Source of the DNA: an uncultured virus (IMG/VR IMGVR_UViG_3300031758_000053)
Taxonomy: Duplodnaviria > Heunggongvirae > Uroviricota > Caudoviricetes
Virus record (IMG/VR): IMGVR_UViG_3300031758_000053
DNA: 20,000 nucleotides
Reading direction: 5' to 3' (one strand)
Shown here: one piece after another, positions 1-8,321 of the stretch
Layout of the letters: the number at the start of each line of letters is the position of its first letter
How positions within the stretch are numbered: position 1 is the first letter of the stretch
Made by a program: the position numbers and the translations under genes
The notes under the pieces: model-generated
Seen by the model: only the letters and a program-made list of their open reading frames with translations
What the model was told of the DNA's origin: nothing
The model's database searches: none

Positions 1-2
1 CA

Positions 3-3000
3 CTGGCCCGTCAGCCCGCTCCGCAACCTCGACCTGTCATTGAGCCCCCTAAGAAAGAGGGGGTGATGGCTGCGTTTGGCAAAGGGCTAGAAAGCCTGCT
101 GGGCTCTAGCCGCACTGCCGTTGGTGCGTTTACAGGATCTCCTGAAGAAGCTGCCCTGGCTGCTCTGGAGAGGCAGAAGCAGTCTCCCTACGCCGACCAA
201 GTCAGCTTAGAGAAGGTCTCAGAGGCTGCTAAACGAGGCCTGCTGCCCGCCGCTGGTGAGGTCGCTAGGCAGGTGCCTCTGGCTATTGCTGAGCAGGCTC
301 CGAACGTCCTGGCAACACTTGGTTCTGCCAAGGCTGGCTCTTTGCTTGGCGCAAAGCTGGGGACGGCTGTCGCGCCTGGAGTTGGCACAGTAGTTGGAGG
401 TATCGGCGGTGGCATCTTGGGAGCGCTTACCCCGTCTTTGCTCCAGCAGTTTGGCGGGAACATCCAGCGTCAAGCCCAAGAGCAGCAAGCTCAAGGCAAG
501 CCCATCGACATCAGCAGGACATCAGCAGGCTTGGCTGCTGTGCCCCAGGCAGGTCTTGATGTTGCCGCATCCCTAATCCCACTGGGCAGGACGTTTGCTG
601 GCAAGGTTCTAGGCCCGCAAGTTGAAGAACTGTTGAAACGCGGGTCAGTTGAGGGCGCAGAGCGTTTAGCTCGTGAGAGCCTGCCCACTGTGTTGGGCAA
701 GGGTGCTGCGATCAGCATCGCTACTGAAGTCCCGACCGAAGTTATCCAGACCATGCTTGAGCGCTCTCAGGCTGGTCTTGCCCTGACCACCCCGGATGCT
801 TTGGCTGAGTATGGCAATGTGGCATACCAAGCTGGTCTACTTGCGCCTATTGGTGCTGTGGGTCGTGTGGGTGAGCGTGCTGCAGCGCGGAGTGAAGCTC
901 TTCTGCCCGGTCAACGCCGTGGTGAGTCCGATATGGACTTCGCCAACCGGCTGAGTCAAGAGATCGGGAATGATCGTGCTTATGTTGCAATGCAGCAAGC
1001 AGAGCAGGCAGAAGCCGCTAAGCGTCAAGCTGCACTGGAGCAGATGAAACAGGCCATCGGTGATGGCTTGCTGACGCCCGAGGTGGTTAAACAGTGGGGC
1101 TTTGGGAAAGGCTCCATCTTTGATTCCCTGGTCAACAAGAACCTGAGCAATCCTGAGGATGCGTCCTTTGTGGCCGATGTCTTGGCCGCGTACCGGCCTA
1201 AGGCTCACCCCAATACGCAGGTCAAGATTGATGATGCGCTGGCTGGCATTGAAGCCATGTTTGGTGCCAAGCCAACCTCGCAAACTGAAGGAGCAGCAGA
1301 TGTTGGAACGGCTATCACCGAACCAAGTGGAGCGGGCGTTCAAGTGGCTGGCGAGCCCAGTGCAGGAGCCACCACCCCAAGACTTGGAGCCCCTGAACCA
1401 GCAGGAGTGGTTCCTCCTGTCGAGGATGCTAGACAACCTGCTGGAGGAGCAGAAGCAGCACCGCCTGCAGTAGCTCCGCCTCTTGCGCTGCCTGCGCCTG
1501 TTGAGCCTGAAGTAGTTACTCCTGCCGCAGAAGCCGTCACGCCGCCAACAGAGCCGGTTGTTGAAACGCCTGCTGCTGAGAAGCCCGTTGAAGCGCCGGC
1601 TGCTCAGAAACCTGCTGTTGAGTTGCCCAAGTCATTGCAGGATATGTCTCCTGCAAACAGGCAGTTGTATGAGCTTGATCGCAACATAGAAGAAGCGAAG
1701 ACTCCTGCATCTGGTATTGACTGGGAAATCAAGGACACGCTTGCCCCAGAAGAGAGGGGCATGACATTTGAAAGCGCGACCGACCAGCTTAACTCGTACT
1801 TGGCTGGCATCAAAGATCTTGACGGTAAGCTACGCAGTGGCAACAGGACTGGCTCCACCCCAGGTCGTTTGATTGAGATGTGGAAAAACGCTTCGCAAAC
1901 GCAGGCGTTTATAGAGCAGCAGAAACAACAGAAACCCGAGCTTTGGGCGAACTATCAAGCTCGTCAAGCTGATGTTGCCAATCTCAAGGAGGGTGATGCA
2001 GTTATCACGCCCAATGGCGAACAAGCCATCCTTGATAAGAAGTTCCCAAAGAACTGGCGAGTTAAGCTCCCCAATGAAGAGATGCGGCTGTACCCGCCAA
2101 CCAGCTTTAGACGCGCAGAGCCTGCCGCTAAGCTATCGGCAGCACAGATCCCCAAGTACAAGATTGTTCAAACGCAAGTCGAGGGTTTGGACGGCAAGAT
2201 CAAACGCGCCTGGAATGTTGTTGATGCCAAGGACGACTACATACAAGACACGTTTGATACGCGGGCAGAAGCTCAAGACTGGGTCCGTGGCGTAAAGGAA
2301 AGAGCAGCCAAGCCATCACTGGCTGAAGAAGCCAAGCCGCTGCCCATCACACCCGAGATACAGGAAAAGATTGATCAACTTGAGAAGGTTCTCAAGAAGA
2401 TCATGAACAAGTACGGCCTGAAGGATGTTGCCCTCAAGCTGATCGACAACATGAAGGCAGAAGGCGAGTACGCACAGAGCGTGGTTCGTCTGGCCCTGGA
2501 TGCTGTAAACCCGGTGCAGGCCTTGAGGCATGAGTCCATCCATGCTCTGAAGGAACTGGGCTTCTTCTCTCCACAACAATGGGCAGCACTTGAAAAGCAA
2601 GCCAAGAGCAAGTGGATTGATCAGTACCTTAAGACCAAGAACATCAACAAGGAAGACCTAGAGGAGGGCCAGAAGTCCCGCTATGACGCATACATGGAGC
2701 TTTACAAGGGCGACATGGACGCGATCATTGAAGAGGCAATTGCTGATGCCTTTGGGGACTTTGATGTAAACAAGGCTCCTCCGGGCCTGATGCAAGCCAT
2801 CCTGACCCGGCTGCGTAACTTCTTTGATGCGGTCAAGACTGCCTTTGGTGGTGAAGTCACCGCAGAGCAAGTGTTCCGTAAGGTTGAGAAGGGTGCTCTG
2901 AAGGCGGAGGCTAAGGCAGAAGCTGCCCCGGCTAAACAAAGTTTGCGTGAAGTTCCTCTGTCCACTCGTGGGTTGATGGAAGTTCAGCCCATCGTAGCGA

Positions 3001-6000
3001 TGCAGGAGCTTGGGCTCAAAACAGATGCTGTCCGCAAGCCGGGTGGCATTGAGTTGTTTAACGATGTCCGCTCCATCGCTCTTGCACTTAATCAAGACAC
3101 CATCCGAAACAAGGGCAAGATCGCCAAGACCGATACCTCATTGACCTCGGAAAAAGAACTTGCGAGGGCAATGGTTGATGAGATTGGCTACCAGCTAAAA
3201 GCAACTGCAGGGACCGGCACTGGCAAAGGTTGGTACTCGGACAACTATCCCAAGGCAGTTAAGAAGCTGGGCAAGCTGTTCCCAGAGCTTGAGACAGATC
3301 CATATGCCAGAACTGTTTTCTCTGCATTGGTTGCTATTACCTCCAATGGCGAGAAAGTATCTCTCAACGTAAAGAACGCCATTAAGCTCTACGAAGACAT
3401 TCGTATGGGCAAAGACCCGCGTAATATTGGTTCTCGCCGCAAAACTGCACTGGATAATAACATTGCAGTTGTCATGCAGCTAATGAAGCAATATGGTCCC
3501 ACTGGAATGCGCAATGAATTATTGCGTGAGATTACAGTTAAGGACATGAACGCTATCCTGCGTTCACGCGGAGAAAAGCCCGATACCTCTTATCTTGCGG
3601 ATACCAAAGTACCTGCTGCGGCATTGTATTTCGGGCCAAAGCTAGGCGCATTCTTCTCCAATCTTGAAGGCGCAGAGGGCTATCTGACGATGGATATGTG
3701 GTGGACCCGGACGGTTAACCGCATGCGTGGGCAGTTGGAATCAAAGGCCACCGAAGCGTCCATCAAGAAGTTTGCCGCGATGATGGATAAGCCAAATGCC
3801 ACCCGAGATGAGGTGGTGGCGGCAACCATCCCGCTGCGTAACAAATATGAAGAGTTTGGCTGGCACACTGAACTAGAAGAGTTAGTGGGCCGCAAAGAGC
3901 CAGCAGAAGATAAGGACAAGCCAGCCTGGACGGCAAGGGCGAAGCGTCAAGCTGGCCCCGCATATGAAGCTCTCTTGTTTGAACATCGTCTTGAGAAGAT
4001 GGCTAACACCATCTACAAGAACGAGTATGAGTTGCTGGAAGAGGCTCCGTTTACATCCACCGACCGAGAGTTCATGTACCGCACGGCTAGGCGGACTCAG
4101 AGCCTGCTCAAGGCCGAAGGCATTAACCTGTCACTAGCAGACATCCAGGCCGCTCTCTGGTACTACGAGAAGCGTCTGTATCAACATTTGAGTGGAAGGA
4201 AAGCAGATGACATCGGATACGACGAAGCCATCACCCAACTCGCAGGGGAAAGTACTCGACCCGCAGGACCCTCTGTGGTCTTCGCTGGACAACCTGTTTC
4301 TGGGGCTGGAGCCACAGGAGCGGGCGCAGCAGTTGCTGGAGTTAGTGCGCAGCCTGTCCAGCTAAAGCCAAGCCTGCGTGAAAAAGCATCCTGGGATGAC
4401 AAGCGCATTGAGCGTTTAATTGATCAATACGGCTACACCGATGGGCGTACCTACGGTATTGCTGCGTATGTAAACCCGGAAGAGTTTGTCCGCGCAACCA
4501 CTCCGTCCAAAGAGTTTGCCGATGAACTCAAGGCAGAGGCTGGGGCACTTGACCGCGATCAGATAGCCAAAGAAACTCAAACGCCATTCTTGGAATGGGA
4601 CATTGAGAAGGGCGTCATCGTTGGTCATGAAGGCAGGCATCGTATGTCTGCGCTTTCTGCTGAAGGTGTTGAGTCTGCCCCGGTCGTGCTGTACGTCAAG
4701 GATCGGTATGGCTCTAAAAAGCCGGATCAGTATGAGCGCCAGGATTCTGTATCCATCAAGGGGCAGAAATTCCAAGACGGTGTTGGCAGACCTCTGACGG
4801 CCACCAACCTGATTCCACTTGAGTACAGGCAGGCCAAGTCACTGAGAGAAGAATTTGCCGCAGCGGCTGGTGTTAAGTACAGCCTGCGCGTAAACATCCC
4901 GGCAAGCGCACGCGCACGGGTTGTTGCCACTATTGCCTCCCGTCAAGAGAAGGGCTTTGTTGAGCGCCTCATGGAGGCGATCTCTCCAACGTCCTACTCC
5001 GACTTCCGTGCCCAGGCTCTGAACCGCTACAACCAGCTTGGTGTTTACGACAAGATCCGCGCCAAGAAGATGGGTGGTGCTGCGCTGCTTGCTGATTCCA
5101 GCGCTGAGTCTGCTGCCCTGCTGTCTGACCTGGGTGCTGGTCTAACCGCTTCCGCGCTGGGTGTGCATGACCGGATGGGTGGCATTCCTGTGTTCAGGAA
5201 CGGTATCACCATCATCAGCAACCAAAACGGCACGATCAAAGGCCCGACCGCGATCTTTGCCCCGTTGGCTGCTGATCCGGCTCATTATCAGGACTATCAG
5301 TTCTGGGCTGGCGTGAAGCGTGGTTCGCGCTACATGCAAAACCCACAAGGCAAGTACGAAGAGAAACTGTTTACACCATCAGACGTCAAAGAGGCGGAAG
5401 TAATTCGCAAGGCATACCTCAAGGCGGGGATTGACTTTGAGGCCATGCAAAAGGAGTGGATCAAGTACAACGACGGTCTCGTCCAGTACATGGTCGATAC
5501 CGGCGTGCTCTCACAGGAGCGTGCTGACCTGTACCGTAAACACGCAGACTATCTGCCCTTCTATCGGCAGATGGACGGCAGAGAGACCATTGGCCCGAAG
5601 GTTTTCCAAGCCATCTCTGGTGTCAAGCCGCCTAAAGCCGCTAAGGGTGGAGAGGCCCTGCTTGATGACTTTTTAGAAAACATTGTCCGCAACACTCAGT
5701 CTGCGATCCAGGCTGGCGTCAAGAATGTCGCAGCCCAAAGAGCCGCCAAGGTGGCTATGGACATCGGCATGGCATCGCGGCTGGGCTTCAAGTCCTCCGC
5801 AGCCGGAACCTTTGATGTTCTGGAGAACGGTCAGGTTGTCACGTACCAATCAAAGGATGAGCTTTTCATCAACGCCATCAAGAGCCTTGGTATTCCTGAC
5901 CTGCCGTTTATAGGACTGTTGTCTGGCCCCGCGAACTTGCTTCGCAATCTGGTAACCAAAGACCCAGGCTTCATGCTTGCCAACCTGATGCGTGACTCAA

Positions 6001-7475
6001 TGTCCGCATGGGTTACCTCCGGCGTGAAGATGACCCCGATGGTAAACACCTTCACCAACTTTGGTGCTGCTATCGCAGGCAAAGACCCGGCCTTCCAAGC
6101 TCTGATGAACGCAGGCATTTTGGGTGGCTATGAGTTCTCGCAGAACGTGGAGCAGAGCGGGCGTGAGTTCGGCAAGGCTCTGAGGAAGCAAGCCAAGATC
6201 AAGTCCACCGGGCTCAAGGGCGCAGCAGAGATGGGCGCTAAGCCGTTTACATCTCTGTGGGATGCGCTGGAGAAAGGTTCCACTGCATCTGACGCAGCCA
6301 CTCGGATGGAGGTCTACAAGCGCACGCTGGCCGAGACCAACAACGAAGCAGAGGCTCTGTTTAGAGCGCTTGAGGTGATGAACTTCAACCGTAAAGGATC
6401 TTCTGCTGTCGTAAGAATTCTTACCGCTGCGGTGCCGTTCTTAAACGCACGCATGCAGGGCCTGGATGTTCTGTACCGCGCAGCTTCGGGGCAGATGAAC
6501 GCTCGTGATGCAGCGCAGATCCAGAAGCAGTTCTTTGTGCGCGGCGCAATGATTGCATCCTTGTCTGCCGCTTACTGGCTGCTGACGCATGACGATGAGG
6601 AATACAAGAAGCAGGAGCAGGAGACAAGAGACAACTACTGGCTTCTTCCTTCGCTGGGCGTCAAGATCCCGATCCCCTTTGAAATCGGTGTGTTGTTCAA
6701 GGTGATCCCTGAGCGCATCCTTGGTTACACATTTGGTAGCGACACGGGTGAAGACTTCCTGAAGTCGATGGCTCGGCAGTTGACCAGCACCCTTGCGTTT
6801 AATCCAATCCCGCAGGCGGTTATGCCTGTTGTGGAGACGATGACCAACTTCTCCTTCTTCACCATGCGCCCGATTGTTGGGCAGGGACTGGAAGGGTTGC
6901 AACCTGCGTACCAAGTTGGGCCGGGTACGTCTCGTCTGGCAGAAGGTTTAGGAGAGATGACCAAGGGGATGGCAAAGGAGTTGCAAGTCTCCCCAATGAA
7001 GATCGATCAGTTGATCAGCGGGTACACCGGCACGATGGGCATGTATCTGATGAACCTGATGGATGCCGTTTACGACATGAACACGGACTCGCCCAAGCCT
7101 GCCAGAAGGTTTGAGCAGATGCCTCTGATCCGTCGCTTTGCAGTTGATCCTGAGGCCCGTGGAAACGTCACCGCGTACTACGAACTCAAGAACTCGGTGG
7201 ACTCCATCGTCCGCACCTCCAACATGCTTGAGAGGACGATGAACTATGAGGAGTTGCCCGGTTACCTGATGGACAACATGAAGATGTTGGCCTCCAAGGA
7301 TTACATCCTTGATCTTGAGAAGACCATGAAGGAGTTCCGGGAGATGAAGATCCTGATCCGCTCAGCTTCTATGGACGCAGATGCCAAGAAGGACGCCATC
7401 CTGGCAATCGATCAGATGGAGAACCAATTGACATCCAACATCCAGTACATGAAGAAGCTGGCTAAGGGAGACTGA
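3..7475 (+). CDS. Giant polyvalent / internal virion (ejection-type) protein with LPD38-like C-terminus; 5'-partial
   Basis: The frame is open from the window edge (LARQPAPQPRPVIEPPKKEGVMAAFGKG...), so the true start is probably upstream; at least 2470 aa. Gly/Ala-rich N-terminus, Pro/Ala linker, HESIH...EEAIAD zincin motif (2529-2747), GWY..ITSNG..GPKLGAFFSNL..TMDMW..QAALW domain (~3000-4240), GHEGRHR ParB-like motif (4623-4643), and C-terminal RDNYWLLP..IPIPFEIG typical of LPD38. Confidence 0.9.
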   Translation: MARQPAPQPRPVIEPPKKEGVMAAFGKGLESLLGSSRTAVGAFTGSPEEAALAALERQKQSPYADQVSLEKVSEAAKRGLLPAAGEVARQVPLAIAEQAPNVLATLGSAKAGSLLGAKLGTAVAPGVGTVVGGIGGGILGALTPSLLQQFGGNIQRQAQEQQAQGKPIDISRTSAGLAAVPQAGLDVAASLIPLGRTFAGKVLGPQVEELLKRGSVEGAERLARESLPTVLGKGAAISIATEVPTEVIQTMLERSQAGLALTTPDALAEYGNVAYQAGLLAPIGAVGRVGERAAARSEALLPGQRRGESDMDFANRLSQEIGNDRAYVAMQQAEQAEAAKRQAALEQMKQAIGDGLLTPEVVKQWGFGKGSIFDSLVNKNLSNPEDASFVADVLAAYRPKAHPNTQVKIDDALAGIEAMFGAKPTSQTEGAADVGTAITEPSGAGVQVAGEPSAGATTPRLGAPEPAGVVPPVEDARQPAGGAEAAPPAVAPPLALPAPVEPEVVTPAAEAVTPPTEPVVETPAAEKPVEAPAAQKPAVELPKSLQDMSPANRQLYELDRNIEEAKTPASGIDWEIKDTLAPEERGMTFESATDQLNSYLAGIKDLDGKLRSGNRTGSTPGRLIEMWKNASQTQAFIEQQKQQKPELWANYQARQADVANLKEGDAVITPNGEQAILDKKFPKNWRVKLPNEEMRLYPPTSFRRAEPAAKLSAAQIPKYKIVQTQVEGLDGKIKRAWNVVDAKDDYIQDTFDTRAEAQDWVRGVKERAAKPSLAEEAKPLPITPEIQEKIDQLEKVLKKIMNKYGLKDVALKLIDNMKAEGEYAQSVVRLALDAVNPVQALRHESIHALKELGFFSPQQWAALEKQAKSKWIDQYLKTKNINKEDLEEGQKSRYDAYMELYKGDMDAIIEEAIADAFGDFDVNKAPPGLMQAILTRLRNFFDAVKTAFGGEVTAEQVFRKVEKGALKAEAKAEAAPAKQSLREVPLSTRGLMEVQPIVAMQELGLKTDAVRKPGGIELFNDVRSIALALNQDTIRNKGKIAKTDTSLTSEKELARAMVDEIGYQLKATAGTGTGKGWYSDNYPKAVKKLGKLFPELETDPYARTVFSALVAITSNGEKVSLNVKNAIKLYEDIRMGKDPRNIGSRRKTALDNNIAVVMQLMKQYGPTGMRNELLREITVKDMNAILRSRGEKPDTSYLADTKVPAAALYFGPKLGAFFSNLEGAEGYLTMDMWWTRTVNRMRGQLESKATEASIKKFAAMMDKPNATRDEVVAATIPLRNKYEEFGWHTELEELVGRKEPAEDKDKPAWTARAKRQAGPAYEALLFEHRLEKMANTIYKNEYELLEEAPFTSTDREFMYRTARRTQSLLKAEGINLSLADIQAALWYYEKRLYQHLSGRKADDIGYDEAITQLAGESTRPAGPSVVFAGQPVSGAGATGAGAAVAGVSAQPVQLKPSLREKASWDDKRIERLIDQYGYTDGRTYGIAAYVNPEEFVRATTPSKEFADELKAEAGALDRDQIAKETQTPFLEWDIEKGVIVGHEGRHRMSALSAEGVESAPVVLYVKDRYGSKKPDQYERQDSVSIKGQKFQDGVGRPLTATNLIPLEYRQAKSLREEFAAAAGVKYSLRVNIPASARARVVATIASRQEKGFVERLMEAISPTSYSDFRAQALNRYNQLGVYDKIRAKKMGGAALLADSSAESAALLSDLGAGLTASALGVHDRMGGIPVFRNGITIISNQNGTIKGPTAIFAPLAADPAHYQDYQFWAGVKRGSRYMQNPQGKYEEKLFTPSDVKEAEVIRKAYLKAGIDFEAMQKEWIKYNDGLVQYMVDTGVLSQERADLYRKHADYLPFYRQMDGRETIGPKVFQAISGVKPPKAAKGGEALLDDFLENIVRNTQSAIQAGVKNVAAQRAAKVAMDIGMASRLGFKSSAAGTFDVLENGQVVTYQSKDELFINAIKSLGIPDLPFIGLLSGPANLLRNLVTKDPGFMLANLMRDSMSAWVTSGVKMTPMVNTFTNFGAAIAGKDPAFQALMNAGILGGYEFSQNVEQSGREFGKALRKQAKIKSTGLKGAAEMGAKPFTSLWDALEKGSTASDAATRMEVYKRTLAETNNEAEALFRALEVMNFNRKGSSAVVRILTAAVPFLNARMQGLDVLYRAASGQMNARDAAQIQKQFFVRGAMIASLSAAYWLLTHDDEEYKKQEQETRDNYWLLPSLGVKIPIPFEIGVLFKVIPERILGYTFGSDTGEDFLKSMARQLTSTLAFNPIPQAVMPVVETMTNFSFFTMRPIVGQGLEGLQPAYQVGPGTSRLAEGLGEMTKGMAKELQVSPMKIDQLISGYTGTMGMYLMNLMDAVYDMNTDSPKPARRFEQMPLIRRFAVDPEARGNVTAYYELKNSVDSIVRTSNMLERTMNYEELPGYLMDNMKMLASKDYILDLEKTMKEFREMKILIRSASMDADAKKDAILAIDQMENQLTSNIQYMKKLAKGD
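1300..1473 (+). CDS. Nested overprinted small protein (57 aa) in the +1 frame of the giant gene
   Basis: AAGGAG (1288-1293) followed by ATG 1300. Product MLERLSPNQVERAFKWLASPVQEPPPQDLEPLNQQEWFLLSRMLDNLLEEQKQHRLQ looks like an amphipathic helical protein, while the host frame here is a low-complexity G/A/P/V linker. Confidence 0.65.
   Translation: MLERLSPNQVERAFKWLASPVQEPPPQDLEPLNQQEWFLLSRMLDNLLEEQKQHRLQ
4207..4365 (+). CDS. Nested overprinted small protein (52 aa) in the +1 frame of the giant gene
   Basis: GGAAGGAAAGCAG then ATG 4207; MTSDTTKPSPNSQGKVLDPQDPLWSSLDNLFLGLEPQERAQQLLELVRSLSS, TAA 4363-4365. Rich in CTG/GAG/CAG codons; the host frame reads GAGATGAGAAVAGV. Confidence 0.55.
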   Translation: MTSDTTKPSPNSQGKVLDPQDPLWSSLDNLFLGLEPQERAQQLLELVRSLSS

Positions 7476-7725
7476 GCTTCTTGACCGTGTCATTGAGCAC
7501 GGTCATCTCGTCCTTCTTGTAAACAGACCAGATCCTAGCCTGCCCGTGGATGCCGTTAAAACTGCCCTGGTGGCAGTCCTTGCATAACGGTATGCAGAGA
7601 TAGTGGAGCCCCTGCTTGATGTGGTGAGCATCAGAGGGGCCTCTTGCTTCACAGACCCCGCATGGGAGTTCCTTGATTCGCGCCAAATGTTCCCTGTCGA
7701 GCGAGGTCAGGTTTTTGCTGTTCAT
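7462..7725 (-). CDS. DUF968/Ref-like Zn-binding HNH-type nuclease
   Basis: LARIKELPCGVC...DAHH...CIPLCKDCHQG...GIHG motif; ATG 7725. Confidence 0.8.
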   Translation of the reverse strand: MNSKNLTSLDREHLARIKELPCGVCEARGPSDAHHIKQGLHYLCIPLCKDCHQGSFNGIHGQARIWSVYKKDEMTVLNDTVKKLSLP

Positions 7726-7954
7726 CTGCAATCTCAATGAGCTTCTGTAGGTAGTGCGCAGCTTTTTTAATATCAGTCACGCCGCCCTTTGCCGGGTTTC
7801 CAATGGTGTTGAAACGCGCCAAATATCCAATGGCAGACCCCAGCAGGAAACCTTGAAATTGTTCTGGCGTCATCCATGCTTCCATTGCGTCCCAAGGCTC
7901 GACGGACAACTGTTTATAGTGTGAGCCAGCGATCTGAATTTCATTAGCGCTCAA
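7649..7954 (-). CDS. DUF3310 family protein (T7 gp1.7-like nucleotide kinase)
   Basis: GSHYKQ..EPWD..GFLLGSAIGYLAR..KGGVTDIKKAAHYLQKLIE; TTG start overlaps the upstream TGA. Confidence 0.85.
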   Translation of the reverse strand: MSANEIQIAGSHYKQLSVEPWDAMEAWMTPEQFQGFLLGSAIGYLARFNTIGNPAKGGVTDIKKAAHYLQKLIEIADEQQKPDLARQGTFGANQGTPMRGL

Positions 7955-8061
7955 AATAGGGCCTCGCCTGCTTCTGTAGCCTGCGCATAAGCGGACTTAC
8001 GCGGGGCAGTGTTTATAAAACATCTTCCGTCTTTGTAGCTGAACATGAAGGGCCAGTTCAC
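7951..8061 (-). CDS. Small hypothetical protein (36 aa)
   Basis: GTG start overlaps the upstream TGA (GTGA) and its stop overlaps the next TTG start; MNWPFMFSYKDG...AGEALF. Confidence 0.55.
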   Translation of the reverse strand: MNWPFMFSYKDGRCFINTAPRKSAYAQATEAGEALF

Positions 8062-8321
8062 CACGGCATCTTTTGGAGCGCGGACGTATCGAACTTCGGT
8101 TCCTTTGGCTTCTTCTTGTAGTTTGACTTCGGTGTGTGGCGCATCACCTTGTCCAGAAACTGTTGCGTCTCCGCAGGCATCTGCGTCTCTGAACTCAGAC
8201 GCTCCTCCGTCAGCCACGAGTGATTGCATGACTTGCATATCCTCCTGCGCCATACCATGTCCTCTGTTCGTCGGGACTCTGGTGTAAGTTGTTTGATACT
8301 GCCGCATTTTGGGCATTTCAT
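8058..8321 (-). CDS. NrdR-like N-terminal Zn-ribbon protein
   Basis: MKCPKCGS..ESR..VWRRRICKSCNHSWLTEE; GAGGGGAGG RBS; ATGA coupling. Confidence 0.8.
   Translation of the reverse strand: MKCPKCGSIKQLTPESRRTEDMVWRRRICKSCNHSWLTEERLSSETQMPAETQQFLDKVMRHTPKSNYKKKPKEPKFDTSALQKMPW

Noticed and set aside
63..68. GTG/ATG at 63/66 as the start of the giant gene
   Set aside because: The frame is open to the window edge with plausible protein sequence, so the gene probably starts upstream. A purine-rich run does precede ATG 66, so this start is not fully excluded.
188..6964. Many antisense ORFs and other alternate-frame ORFs (394-576, 1972-2295, 4603-4797, 5431-5913) within the giant gene
   Set aside because: No clear SD plus ATG, S/R/T-rich shadow composition, and they overlie well-formed main-frame domains, unlike the two nested ORFs kept.
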